Source of the DNA: Escherichia phage vB_EcoM-172859UKE1
DNA length: 64,000 nucleotides
Sequence record: MZ234025.1
Strand: one strand, 5' to 3'
Under the pieces are notes generated by a model, which did not search any database, was not told the DNA's origin, and saw only the letters and a program-made list of their open reading frames with translations. Shown here piece after piece: positions 45,217 through 53,704 of this stretch; the first letter of the stretch is position 1; every line of letters begins with the position of its first letter. Both the position numbers and the translations under genes were made by a program.

Positions 45217-45244
45217 AGACTTATCAACCATAGAGGAAAATGTT

Positions 45245-45748
45245 ATGAGTCTTTACACTGAACTGAATAAAAAATCTGAAGAATCTGCTGAAACTATTTT
45301 TAAAAACGTGCAAAAGCGTATTTTGGAAAAGATGTATGATGCAGCATCTAAAGGTGAAAAATCTTGCCGGTTTCCGATGAGGTGTTCTTCTGATTTATGC
45401 GCAAATACTATTGAATGGCTGGAAAGTGAAGGTCTTACGGTAGAGAAAAACCCGGCGACTTCTATTGACGGCGAATCATATATTAGTATTTCTTGGGATA
45501 AATCAAGGGTAGAAGAGAAAGATGGTGATTGGGTTGTAGATGTTAAAACTTCTGATGGTGGACGTTCTGTTGAAGTTTCGGCTGTAGTTAAAGGTACCCA
45601 CGAACAAAGGACTTGGGGTTGGGGTGGTGAAGAAAAAGAAATTGTTCTTAGTGTGATTGCCAGGTCAACTAGTAATAAAATTGCACAAAGCATCATTGAC
45701 GCTGCAATTGCTGAAGCAGAAAAAATTTGCAAAATTAAAAATAAATGA
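45245..45748 (+). CDS. Hypothetical protein (167 aa)
   Basis: ORF following promoter and GAGGAA SD. Confidence 0.55.
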   Translation: MSLYTELNKKSEESAETIFKNVQKRILEKMYDAASKGEKSCRFPMRCSSDLCANTIEWLESEGLTVEKNPATSIDGESYISISWDKSRVEEKDGDWVVDVKTSDGGRSVEVSAVVKGTHEQRTWGWGGEEKEIVLSVIARSTSNKIAQSIIDAAIAEAEKICKIKNK

Positions 45749-45749
45749 T

Positions 45750-45777
45750 GTACAAACGCCAAGGATGGTGGTACTAT
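45750..45777 (+). promoter_or_regulatory. Early promoter (weaker -35 GTACAA)
   Basis: -10 TACTAT at 45772-45777 inside the 42-bp cassette duplicated at 9462. Confidence 0.45.
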
Positions 45778-45813
45778 AGACTTATCAACTACAGAGGAGT
45801 AAACAAAATGACT
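45772..45813 (+). repeat. 42-bp promoter/RBS cassette, exact copy of 9462..9503
   Basis: Identical sequence including -10, GAGGAG SD and ATG ACT. Confidence 0.85.
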
Positions 45814-45972
45814 ACTTTAATTATTTGGTTCGATGAAAATGAAGAAACATACTGTGTGAATATTGGTGAAAGTCCAATGCCTGAATTTGAATCCTCGGAT
45901 AAAAACTCTGTTGTATCTTGGGCTGAAGGTTATAAAGCAGCTAAAGGTGACGTTGAAATAATTTACATCTAA
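45808..45972 (+). CDS. Hypothetical small protein (54 aa)
   Basis: ATG 45808 after GAGGAG SD within the duplicated cassette; the ORF-track start at 45745 spans the promoter. Confidence 0.5.
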   Translation: MTTLIIWFDENEETYCVNIGESPMPEFESSDKNSVVSWAEGYKAAKGDVEIIYI

Positions 45973-45990
45973 GTAAGTTTATGTTATAGT
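45961..45990 (+). promoter_or_regulatory. Early promoter (truncated palindromic cassette)
   Basis: ATTTAC at 45961-45966, 18-nt spacer, TATAGT at 45985-45990; only the right arm of the palindrome is present. Confidence 0.45.
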
Positions 45991-46018
45991 AGTCCTATCA
46001 AATCAAGAGGAAAACAAA

Positions 46019-46246
46019 ATGGCTAAAGTTAGTATTGATGTCGTTGATTATGAATACACAGAAGAAGTTATTCGCAACCGCCACCCTGAAGTTCGTATCG
46101 ATTCAGTCCAAGATTCCAAGTTCTGGACAACTGAGCTTAATCTGAGTGGTCCTTATGAAGCTGTTAAGAAGTTCATGGTTGAAGAATACTGCGAAGGCAT
46201 GCACCCCGAAGACGCCAAGTTTTATGTCAATTTGATTAAAAAATAA
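46019..46246 (+). CDS. Hypothetical protein (75 aa)
   Basis: ORF after AGAGGAAAA SD. Confidence 0.5.
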   Translation: MAKVSIDVVDYEYTEEVIRNRHPEVRIDSVQDSKFWTTELNLSGPYEAVKKFMVEEYCEGMHPEDAKFYVNLIKK

Positions 46247-46275
46247 TTTACAAACTCTTGAGAGCAGAGTATAAT
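46246..46275 (+). promoter_or_regulatory. Promoter with -10 TATAAT in the loop of an inverted repeat
   Basis: ATTTAC at 46246-46251, 18-nt spacer, TATAAT at 46270-46275; arms GAGAGCA/TGCTCTC. Confidence 0.5.
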
Positions 46276-46316
46276 GCTCTCGTTGGATAATAAACCACCA
46301 ATTGAAAGGTAATAAT

Positions 46317-46910
46317 ATGAACACACTGAAGAAACTTGTTGAATTCATCCGCACTAAACTTGGTACTGCTATGGCTAAAAATCTGACTGTCGAAGAACAG
46401 TATAACGCAGCTGCAGATAAGTTGATTACCCAAATCAAAGAACTAAAAACGGCTTCTGTTAAATCTATTAATGAAGAAAAACGTATTCGCGAACTTGTTA
46501 ATGAAAAGAACAAACAAGCCGCTTCTAAGGAACGTGAAATTCGTAAGCTCTTGGCTGAAGGACAAGATGTTACCATGCATGCTAAGCTTGGTCTTCTGTA
46601 TCGTCGAACTGCCGAACAACTTAATACAAAAGCTGACGGGTATGCCGCTATGCGAATTGAAATTGCTCGTAAGGTGGTTGAACTTGATGATGCTCGTCAG
46701 AATCTGGCAATCAAACTCGAATACATTCGTGAAACTCGAGCAGCCAACGCCCTTGGTATCTCTACGGCTGATGATGTAATTGAAATCGCTGCACTGACTA
46801 AGGTTGATATCGAAGACACTCTGACTCGTGTTGAAACGTTCAATGGCACTCCAGCCGGCGTCGAAACCACTTCTGCTGATGTACAAGAATATATTAACTC
46901 TTTGAAATAA
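46317..46910 (+). CDS. Coiled-coil protein, possibly PspA/IM30-like (197 aa)
   Basis: ATG 46317 (the ORF-track TTG start at 46302 is unlikely); long heptad-rich helices; PspA resemblance is by eye only. Confidence 0.5.
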   Translation: MNTLKKLVEFIRTKLGTAMAKNLTVEEQYNAAADKLITQIKELKTASVKSINEEKRIRELVNEKNKQAASKEREIRKLLAEGQDVTMHAKLGLLYRRTAEQLNTKADGYAAMRIEIARKVVELDDARQNLAIKLEYIRETRAANALGISTADDVIEIAALTKVDIEDTLTRVETFNGTPAGVETTSADVQEYINSLK

Positions 46911-46918
46911 AATAATAC

Positions 46919-46940
46919 GGAGGACTCCGGTCCTCCTTTT
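46919..46940 (+). terminator. Rho-independent terminator
   Basis: GGAGGAC-tccg-GTCCTCC hairpin followed by TTTT. Confidence 0.7.
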
Positions 46941-46959
46941 GGATAATAAAGGAGTTAAC

Positions 46960-47562
46960 ATGCGAAACCAAAATAATGATATTGACTCAATGTTCGAAGA
47001 GTTCCGAGATAAGGTAAATCCACCTACGTCTTTAGTTGATTCATTACGATATGTTGCAACCGGACGTAAATGGTACTGGTCGTCTTCTTATGAGACTACT
47101 GAGAAAACGGCTAGCCATAGCAGAAAATCTTTATTAGCCCCAGGTATTATGATTCATGATATCGGAGCTATTGCTAAACTAGTTGCAGACCATGATATTA
47201 GATTCACTGATTTCGTTGCTCCTACATGGTCTGTTTGTTGTTTAAACACTGAATTGGAATATATCAGCGAACGCTCTGAAGATTATTATGGTTTTAGAGA
47301 TAAGCTTCTGAGGTCTAATATGTTTTATATCGATACAGAAGTTCTAGTCGATAATAAAAAATATTACTTTACGTTAATCATCGATTCTGAAACTATGTAT
47401 GAAGGCAAGCCTTTGCTTAAAAGAGTTGATGCTTTAAGTGCTATTGATGCGCTTTATGAAACTATGGTTGTTAGTCCTAATTTCACTAACAATTTAATCC
47501 TTGAGCAATTTATTATGGAATGTAGAGAATATGTCAAAGCCAACCCTGTACATGCCAATTAA
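46960..47562 (+). CDS. Hypothetical protein (200 aa)
   Basis: ATG 46960 after AAAGGAG SD. Confidence 0.55.
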   Translation: MRNQNNDIDSMFEEFRDKVNPPTSLVDSLRYVATGRKWYWSSSYETTEKTASHSRKSLLAPGIMIHDIGAIAKLVADHDIRFTDFVAPTWSVCCLNTELEYISERSEDYYGFRDKLLRSNMFYIDTEVLVDNKKYYFTLIIDSETMYEGKPLLKRVDALSAIDALYETMVVSPNFTNNLILEQFIMECREYVKANPVHAN

Positions 47563-47926
47563 GCCCTGGGCGTATGAATACAAGCGTAAATTAATCCCAA
47601 ACGAAGTACTATTTGGCCCTATTTTAGCTTTAGCATTTTTAATCTTTATGATTGTAGGAGCTGTTTTAGATTCTAGTGAAGTTATATCGTCTGATGCAGT
47701 GTTTTTACTTATTATAGCCGGGTCGTTTATTGTGCCATTTTTATTAATGCCTATTAACTGGGTGGGATATTGGTACCAAGGCCGTCATCACAGAGCTCGA
47801 GTTCGTGAATGGAAAGTTCAGTGCGCAAAAGCCAAAGCTCAGTATGATGAAGCTGTTAAAAAGTATGAATATGAAGAAGCTATGGAATTCGTTAAGGAAA
47901 TAAGATGCAAAAGCCTCAACTCTTAA
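47531..47926 (+). CDS. Membrane protein (two TM helices, basic C-terminal helix); start uncertain (47531 or 47552)
   Basis: Hydrophobic segments LFGPILALAFLIFMIVGAVL and AVFLLIIAGSFIVPFLLMPI; overlaps upstream ORF. Confidence 0.5.
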   Translation: MSKPTLYMPIKPWAYEYKRKLIPNEVLFGPILALAFLIFMIVGAVLDSSEVISSDAVFLLIIAGSFIVPFLLMPINWVGYWYQGRHHRARVREWKVQCAKAKAQYDEAVKKYEYEEAMEFVKEIRCKSLNS

Positions 47927-48264
47927 CCGTATGGCCTTCTCTTGGTGAGAACATTCTAATTTTTATTATGAGTATTGGCATGGGATTTGCCTTTGGATTA
48001 GTTGGATTTCTTATTGACGGCGTTGTGTTAGGATTTATAGGGAACACTGGTGGATTCACAGACCAATGGCAGGACTTACGATATACTCAAGCCTTTGCAT
48101 CAATCGCATCCTTTTGTACAGTAGTCTATTTTTACTACGATTTTATAAACCATAACAAGAAAAATAAAAAGGTTTACGCTTCTCAAATGATTAGTTATAA
48201 TGAACTCCTAGCTAGACGTGAAAATGAAACAATCGAAAACTTTATTAAGGAATGTAGAAAATGA
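47905..48264 (+). CDS. Membrane protein, member of the C-terminal ENFIKECR family
   Basis: 119 aa; TM segment plus C-terminal ...ETIENFIKECRK, shared with ORFs at 50680 and 51673. Confidence 0.55.
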   Translation: MQKPQLLTVWPSLGENILIFIMSIGMGFAFGLVGFLIDGVVLGFIGNTGGFTDQWQDLRYTQAFASIASFCTVVYFYYDFINHNKKNKKVYASQMISYNELLARRENETIENFIKECRK

Positions 48265-48566
48265 GTAAGATTATTGAAATTAAAGTACCAGAGTTTAATG
48301 ATGCCAAATCCGCTTCAGATGCAATTTATAAACTTCTGAATCAAGCTGAACGTATCGAAGAAGAAGCAACAAAGATCGCAGACCAATATGCCGTATCATT
48401 TTCTGTAGGTGATTATGGTAGCGGTCGTACTTATTATCCTAAGGGTGAAATCGTATCCCAGTGGATGAAAGATGAAATTGAAAATAATGGTGGCGATGTT
48501 AAGCGTGAAGGTAATGGTTACGTTATTACTGAAGGTGCTTGGGTTTCGTCTTCTGCGTTGTGCTAA
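48261..48566 (+). CDS. Hypothetical protein, paralog family member 1 (C-terminal GWVSSS..C)
   Basis: 101 aa ending GAWVSSSALC. Confidence 0.55.
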   Translation: MSKIIEIKVPEFNDAKSASDAIYKLLNQAERIEEEATKIADQYAVSFSVGDYGSGRTYYPKGEIVSQWMKDEIENNGGDVKREGNGYVITEGAWVSSSALC

Positions 48567-48575
48567 GGAATCATT

Positions 48576-48848
48576 ATGTCTAAAGAACAAACCGAACTGG
48601 CTGAAGCTGTAGCAAAAATCTATGCAGCTATTGAGGCTGCCAAAGAAATTGCTGATAAACAAAACACAACATTCGACTTGTATCCAGCTTATGGTATGGG
48701 TGGAACCTATCATTCACCCGGACATCTTAAAGCCGATCTTGAACGTTGTACAAAAAACGGTTATGCTGAATGGGCTGATGTTTATCAATACGACTACAAC
48801 CTGAGCCTTGAAGATGGTGGTTGGGTTGCATCTTCACACACTTGCTAA
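48576..48848 (+). CDS. Hypothetical protein, paralog family member 2
   Basis: 90 aa ending GGWVASSHTC; SD AAGGAA. Confidence 0.55.
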   Translation: MSKEQTELAEAVAKIYAAIEAAKEIADKQNTTFDLYPAYGMGGTYHSPGHLKADLERCTKNGYAEWADVYQYDYNLSLEDGGWVASSHTC

Positions 48849-48857
48849 GGAAACCAT

Positions 48858-49055
48858 ATGTCTCGTGAATTAGATTGTGCTGTACGTACCGCGGTAGCTG
48901 CTCTAGAAAACCTGTTCCAAATTGCAACAGAAGAACGCGAAGAAGTTACATTATGGATTGAAGATAACGCAGGTCTGAATCTCCAGGACGCGATCTCATT
49001 ATCTAATAATAGCATTACTGTTCAAGGCTGGGTATCGTCTAGTTATTCTTGCTAA
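48858..49055 (+). CDS. Hypothetical protein, paralog family member 3
   Basis: 65 aa ending QGWVSSSYSC; SD AAGGAAA. Confidence 0.55.
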   Translation: MSRELDCAVRTAVAALENLFQIATEEREEVTLWIEDNAGLNLQDAISLSNNSITVQGWVSSSYSC

Positions 49056-49059
49056 AACA

Positions 49060-49089
49060 GTTTACAATAAGATAGGACTATGTTATAGT
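49060..49089 (+). promoter_or_regulatory. Early promoter within palindromic cassette
   Basis: GTTTAC at 49060-49065, TGtTATAGT -10; exact 28-bp palindrome copy at 49071-49098. Confidence 0.6.
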
Positions 49090-49117
49090 AGTCCTATCAA
49101 ATTAAATGGAGTCCGCA

Positions 49118-49357
49118 ATGATTTATTACGAAAGTATCGGAACCAAAGTGATTGGTAAAACCATTACTCGTGAAAAGTTTGCAAAGATATTCGATATGCG
49201 TTATAAAAAATCTGAACACAAAGGCATCCGATTCGAAGATGCGCACTGTACAATTTGCCCTTATAATGAAGACATAAATGGTACAATCGTTCCATTGGTA
49301 GAGGCTTCACATGATGACCTCTGGGATGAATATAATATCGCATGTCGTGAAATTTAA
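49118..49357 (+). CDS. Hypothetical protein (79 aa)
   Basis: ATG 49118 after GGAG; the ATG at 49106 lies within the conserved AAATGGAG cassette. Confidence 0.5.
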   Translation: MIYYESIGTKVIGKTITREKFAKIFDMRYKKSEHKGIRFEDAHCTICPYNEDINGTIVPLVEASHDDLWDEYNIACREI

Positions 49358-49385
49358 GTTAATGAATTAATCCGAGGAAAATATT

Positions 49386-50342
49386 ATGATGTTAGTTATT
49401 GGTTCTCGTGCACTTCACTATCATGGTCTTATTGATTCTAGCGCTATCAAAAATAGTGATTGGGACTTTATTGCGGACCAAGGTTCTTGGAATGCATTCA
49501 AAAATCAAATGATGGGTGTATATGTTCACCAAGATAACCCTGATGTCCAAGTTTTCAAATGCTTCCATAATGGACGCGAAACTCATTTTGAAGCATATAT
49601 TGTTCCGGCGATCACTAATGTCCGTGAATTAGTCGGTGAACTCACTCCTGAAGATTTCACGTCTTCTTATGACCTTTTAAAATACGCCAAGAAAAATTTG
49701 ACTAAAGACCGTTTGACCGGGTTTTACTGGGCAACTCCTGAGATATGTCTTGCAATTAAAATGTCTCATCGTTTCAAGAAAAATAATCCATTCTTTTTAA
49801 AGACTATGAACCATATTCAGTATCTTCGCGGTAAAGGTGTTACACTGAACGATGAACTTACTGAAATTATGCTGAAACGCCAGAAAGAAACTTTGAACTA
49901 TGCTCACCCGGTTCTTGACACTTCTAAAAGTGCGTTCTTTAAAGATGACATCTATACATATGACCATGATACTATTCATGAAGCCATTGCACTAACTGAC
50001 CAGCCTGCTTATAAGTTTTATATGAAAGAAGGCTCAGAAGTTATGACATCACGCGAGAAGTTCGAATCATTACCAGAAATGGTTAAATTAGCCGGTGTAT
50101 ATGAAGAAGCTTGTGTATTAGCTCTTGAACGTTCACAGATTCCTAACGACTTTAAAATCCATCCGAGTGATAGTTTTATGATGGCCCTTGAAAAGGTCTG
50201 TACATCAATCACATCAGGATGGTTCCGTGAGTTCGCTTGGGAAAATTATAGCAAAGTAGTAAGTATGTACCAAAGCTTAGGACATGACGATTACGTCAAG
50301 CGTTTCAAACAAAACTTTCATATGGTAAAACCTTTCAAATAA
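49386..50342 (+). CDS. Hypothetical protein (318 aa) with a weak nucleotidyltransferase-like GS...DxD N-terminal motif
   Basis: IGSRALHYHGL...NSDWDF near N-terminus; longest ORF of the accessory region. Confidence 0.6.
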   Translation: MMLVIGSRALHYHGLIDSSAIKNSDWDFIADQGSWNAFKNQMMGVYVHQDNPDVQVFKCFHNGRETHFEAYIVPAITNVRELVGELTPEDFTSSYDLLKYAKKNLTKDRLTGFYWATPEICLAIKMSHRFKKNNPFFLKTMNHIQYLRGKGVTLNDELTEIMLKRQKETLNYAHPVLDTSKSAFFKDDIYTYDHDTIHEAIALTDQPAYKFYMKEGSEVMTSREKFESLPEMVKLAGVYEEACVLALERSQIPNDFKIHPSDSFMMALEKVCTSITSGWFREFAWENYSKVVSMYQSLGHDDYVKRFKQNFHMVKPFK

Positions 50343-50354
50343 TTTCACAAAACA

Positions 50355-50384
50355 GTTTACAAGGTCTGTAGTTGTTGATACTAT
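50355..50384 (+). promoter_or_regulatory. Early promoter with inverted repeat
   Basis: GTTTAC at 50355-50360, 18-nt spacer, TACTAT at 50379-50384; arms AGGTCTGTAG/CTATAGACCT. Confidence 0.6.
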
Positions 50385-50422
50385 AGACCTATCAAAACAA
50401 ATGAGTGAATGGAGATATAAAA

Positions 50423-50623
50423 ATGACTACTTTGAATAAACGTTTCGGTAAAGCTAAACCTGGTTGTGCAGCAGAACGTCGTTATGTTTTCGCTCAGTTA
50501 GAAGATGTAGAGTATCAGATTAATCAAGTTCACATTACTGGTATCGAGCCTATGTGTGGCCTTGAAGCTCTTCGTGAAGTTCGTGATGGGTATCGTCGTG
50601 ACATCGAAGAAATGTCAAAATAA
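50423..50623 (+). CDS. Hypothetical small protein (66 aa)
   Basis: ATG 50423 after GGAG within the conserved RBS cassette. Confidence 0.5.
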   Translation: MTTLNKRFGKAKPGCAAERRYVFAQLEDVEYQINQVHITGIEPMCGLEALREVRDGYRRDIEEMSK

Positions 50624-50624
50624 G

Positions 50625-50653
50625 TGTACAAACTGATAGGGCTATGTTATAGT
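50625..50653 (+). promoter_or_regulatory. Early promoter within palindromic cassette
   Basis: GTGTAC -35, TATAGT -10; 28-bp palindrome with one mismatch at 50635-50662. Confidence 0.55.
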
Positions 50654-50679
50654 AGTCCTATCAACTTGAGGAGAATATT

Positions 50680-50985
50680 ATGAAATTAACAGAAACCAAC
50701 CGAATCGGTCTTTTTACAATATTTGCATCGCTTTTTTACGCAGCTCTTTCTGTTGCAGTATTACAAAAGGCTTACGATATGGATGGTGTTCCTGGTTGTA
50801 TATTTTTATCACCGTTTTTATTATTCGTCGGAGCTTTGATATTATATGCCACGTCCGGTTTAGACCATAATGTCTGGGTCAATTATAAACGTAAATTGTC
50901 CGAAGAAGAACACGCAGAAGCTCGTAAAAAAGCTATTGAATCTACCAATCTAGAAAATTTCATTAAAGAATGTCGAGGAAAATAA
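50680..50985 (+). CDS. Membrane protein, ENFIKECR family
   Basis: 101 aa; two hydrophobic segments; C-terminus ...STNLENFIKECRGK. Confidence 0.55.
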   Translation: MKLTETNRIGLFTIFASLFYAALSVAVLQKAYDMDGVPGCIFLSPFLLFVGALILYATSGLDHNVWVNYKRKLSEEEHAEARKKAIESTNLENFIKECRGK

Positions 50986-50986
50986 T

Positions 50987-51673
50987 ATGAATAGTTCTAA
51001 AGTGTTTAATAGTCAAGCTCGTGCAGTAGGTGGTTTTGCCGGCGGTATTTCTAATGATAAAATCAAGAACGAGCCTATGTTCTTCAACTGTAGTTTAGAA
51101 TTTGCTTATAATAACGGCGGTCCTATTACTCGCTCTTTCATTATGAACTTGCCGGATGATTGGAACACCGACCAGGTTGTATTTGATTCACGAGTCCACA
51201 TGCTGATGCCTGGTTGGTATCCTGCAATCCCAGGCTATCACCATGATGACGTACCACGCCCAGATATTCCAGTTGGTCAACACTTTATTACTGCAGGACA
51301 ACCTGACTATGACAACCCTCGTTACCATTCTGAACATATTCTTGGTCTTGTTAACGCTGATGTGTGTCCTACTCATTTTGCAACAGGAACTGCGGAGTTC
51401 AGTCAGATTCCTTATGGCGAACTTATCTATCGCCAGTGGCACAAAGAAGTCCTCGAAAAAATTGAAAAAGGTGAACTAGAGAAATGGGAAGCTCCAGATC
51501 GTACTCTTCTTCAGTTTGATTGGCAAACATGGCACACTGGTTCTCGTGCAATTAGTAACGGATGGCGTTGGTTCGGACGTGTATCTCGTAATACAGACCG
51601 AGTTAAAAAGATTACCAATGAAATTCGTGTCAATGCTCAAGTTTATCTGGAATTCCCTATGGAAGGCTGGTAA
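50987..51673 (+). CDS. Hypothetical protein (228 aa)
   Basis: ORF after GGAAAA SD, Trp/His-rich. Confidence 0.55.
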   Translation: MNSSKVFNSQARAVGGFAGGISNDKIKNEPMFFNCSLEFAYNNGGPITRSFIMNLPDDWNTDQVVFDSRVHMLMPGWYPAIPGYHHDDVPRPDIPVGQHFITAGQPDYDNPRYHSEHILGLVNADVCPTHFATGTAEFSQIPYGELIYRQWHKEVLEKIEKGELEKWEAPDRTLLQFDWQTWHTGSRAISNGWRWFGRVSRNTDRVKKITNEIRVNAQVYLEFPMEGW

Positions 51674-52164
51674 TGATACATAAAATTCACTGGGCAAACA
51701 TGGACGATGACGACGAAGGTACTTCATATTATTCTATAGATTGGACAGGATGTCCATCCTACTTAGTGAAACGTCATTGTCAAGCATTTAAAATCGACCA
51801 GCCAGCAGGTATTATTGTGAACAGATACATTAACGGATATCAACCTATCGATGAAGTAATACGAACAACTCAAGCTGAGCTTGAAAAGTTTTTCAATAAG
51901 TGCCAATGGATAACAGGATGGATTATATTTGTACCGTCAGTGTGGTTTTTTAGTACTAAGGTGAGTTCTTTCGGTTTTGTTGATATTATTGCTATCTTAT
52001 TAGCATCTAGTATCATAAGTGTTGTTGGTGGCATCATTGGCGGCGGTACCGCCGCCATCATTATTAATCTTATTAAAAGTAGTTTACAAGAACATAAAGA
52101 CAAGATAAAAGCCAAGAATAATGAAGTTGAACGTTTTATTACCGAATGCAGGAATTTGAGATGA
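51673..52164 (+). CDS. Membrane protein, ENFIKECR family
   Basis: 163 aa; C-terminal TM region and ...NNEVERFITECRNLR. Confidence 0.55.
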   Translation: MIHKIHWANMDDDDEGTSYYSIDWTGCPSYLVKRHCQAFKIDQPAGIIVNRYINGYQPIDEVIRTTQAELEKFFNKCQWITGWIIFVPSVWFFSTKVSSFGFVDIIAILLASSIISVVGGIIGGGTAAIIINLIKSSLQEHKDKIKAKNNEVERFITECRNLR

Positions 52165-52397
52165 GTATAGCAATTTACATTAAATCAGAATCATGTGATA
52201 GTTATCTGTACACATATGATAAAGATGTGTCAGAAGAAAAAATCAAAGACGATCTTAATATGGACCTTGATTTGTTCCGTCCTATTGCAGATTACAAACT
52301 TGCGGTCTCTAATAGTGAAAGTCCATCTAAAGAAACGCGCATTGAAGAATTTATGTCAGAATTAATGGCCAAATCATGGGACCGAGATGATGAGTAA
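52161..52397 (+). CDS. Hypothetical acidic protein (78 aa)
   Basis: ATGA overlap with upstream stop. Confidence 0.45.
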   Translation: MSIAIYIKSESCDSYLYTYDKDVSEEKIKDDLNMDLDLFRPIADYKLAVSNSESPSKETRIEEFMSELMAKSWDRDDE

Positions 52398-52845
52398 GAA
52401 AAATAAAGTGAAAGAACTATCAGCCGGTATTATCTTCATGACAAAAGATAAAGAGTTATTCATGGGGCGTGTAACTGGTTCTCGTCCTAAAGGTGCATTA
52501 GCTCATCGGTGGGATATTCCTAAAGGCCGTGTCGAACCCGGCGAATCTCCTATTGAAGCCGCTATTCGTGAATGCGAAGAAGAAACTGGGTTTACACAAT
52601 ATGACCCTGCCTTCCTGAAAGACCTAGGTGAACATAATTACTCAGACAATAAGAATATTCATCTGTTCCTATATACCATCCCTGTAGAGCACGAGCAATT
52701 CAGAAACAGTGTTTGTAATTCTTATCATACATTCCCAGACGGACGACAGATTCCTGAATTTGATGCATTCGCTTTAATTAAACCTTCTCAATGGGAATAT
52801 GTAATGGGCAAATCATTATATAAGGTGCTCACTACCCTCCTATAA
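52387..52845 (+). CDS. nudE: Nudix hydrolase NudE
   Basis: 152 aa; Nudix box GRVEPGESPIEAAIRECEEETG; directly upstream of e as in T4. Confidence 0.85.
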   Translation: MMSKKNKVKELSAGIIFMTKDKELFMGRVTGSRPKGALAHRWDIPKGRVEPGESPIEAAIRECEEETGFTQYDPAFLKDLGEHNYSDNKNIHLFLYTIPVEHEQFRNSVCNSYHTFPDGRQIPEFDAFALIKPSQWEYVMGKSLYKVLTTLL

Positions 52846-52855
52846 GTAATAAATA

Positions 52856-52875
52856 CCTCCTATAAACGTGGGAGG
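52856..52875 (+). promoter_or_regulatory. RBS-sequestering hairpin with embedded late-promoter-like box upstream of e
   Basis: CCTCC...GGAGG inverted repeat enclosing TATAAACG; the right arm is the SD of e. Confidence 0.45.
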
Positions 52876-52879
52876 TATT

Positions 52880-53368
52880 ATGAATATATTTGAAATGCTT
52901 CGTAATGACGAAGGTCTTAGACTGACTTTATACAAAGACACTGAAGGCTTTTGGACGATTGGCATAGGCCATTTAGTAACAAAGAACCCGTCTTTAGCCG
53001 TAGCTAAAGCTGAACTTGACAGAATGATCGGTCGTAAATGCAACGGTACAATTACCCTTGATGAGGCTGAAAAGCTATTTAATGAAGACGTTGATAAAGC
53101 CGTTCGCGGAATCTTGGGTAATGCTAAACTTAAACCGGTATACGATTCTTTAGATGCGGTTCGTCGATGTGCATTGGTCAATATGGTCTTCCAAATGGGT
53201 GTAGCAGGCGTCGCCGGTTTTACTAATTCTCTTCGTATGCTTCAACAGAAACGTTGGGACGAAGCGGCAGTAAATCTAGCCCAATCTAAATGGTATCGTC
53301 AGACACCTAATCGCGCGAAACGCGTAATCTCAACATTTAAAACAGGAACTTGGAAAGCGTATATATGA
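52880..53368 (+). CDS. e: Lysozyme (endolysin) e
   Basis: 162 aa from ATG 52880; matches recalled T4 lysozyme ([20 protein letters not shown]...TGTW). Confidence 0.95.
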   Translation: MNIFEMLRNDEGLRLTLYKDTEGFWTIGIGHLVTKNPSLAVAKAELDRMIGRKCNGTITLDEAEKLFNEDVDKAVRGILGNAKLKPVYDSLDAVRRCALVNMVFQMGVAGVAGFTNSLRMLQQKRWDEAAVNLAQSKWYRQTPNRAKRVISTFKTGTWKAYI

Positions 53369-53646
53369 AAACATATAGTGAATTTTTATCAGAATCTATT
53401 CTTAGCGAAGCTACTGACACATTTGCAACTAAGCTAGGTGCAGCTTTGGTTGAAGCTGAAAGTCTATTAGCACGTATTTCTGAACTTGCTAGTAAGATAG
53501 ATACTCGCAAATTTGAGCGCACTAGTGATATCGTTAAGCTTGAAGCATTGTTGCGCATGTGCGATAAACCGGAAGAAATCGCTAAGAACGGCTCTCTAAT
53601 GAAACAACGTCTTGAAAAATATATTTCAGGCGCTTCAGAAAAATAG
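53365..53646 (+). CDS. Internal-protein-like protein with CTS (93 aa)
   Basis: N-terminus [10 protein letters not shown]; located between e and denV where T4 has ipIII/ipII. Confidence 0.6.
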   Translation: MKTYSEFLSESILSEATDTFATKLGAALVEAESLLARISELASKIDTRKFERTSDIVKLEALLRMCDKPEEIAKNGSLMKQRLEKYISGASEK

Positions 53647-53647
53647 T

Positions 53648-53677
53648 GTTTACTTCCTCCAAGAGTTTTGATACTAT
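53648..53677 (+). promoter_or_regulatory. Early promoter with inverted repeat whose right arm contains the SD
   Basis: GTTTAC at 53648-53653, 18-nt spacer, TACTAT at 53672-53677; arms TTCCTCCAAG/CTTGGAGGAA. Confidence 0.6.
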
Positions 53678-53704
53678 ACATTCATCAACTACTTGGAGGA
53701 AATT

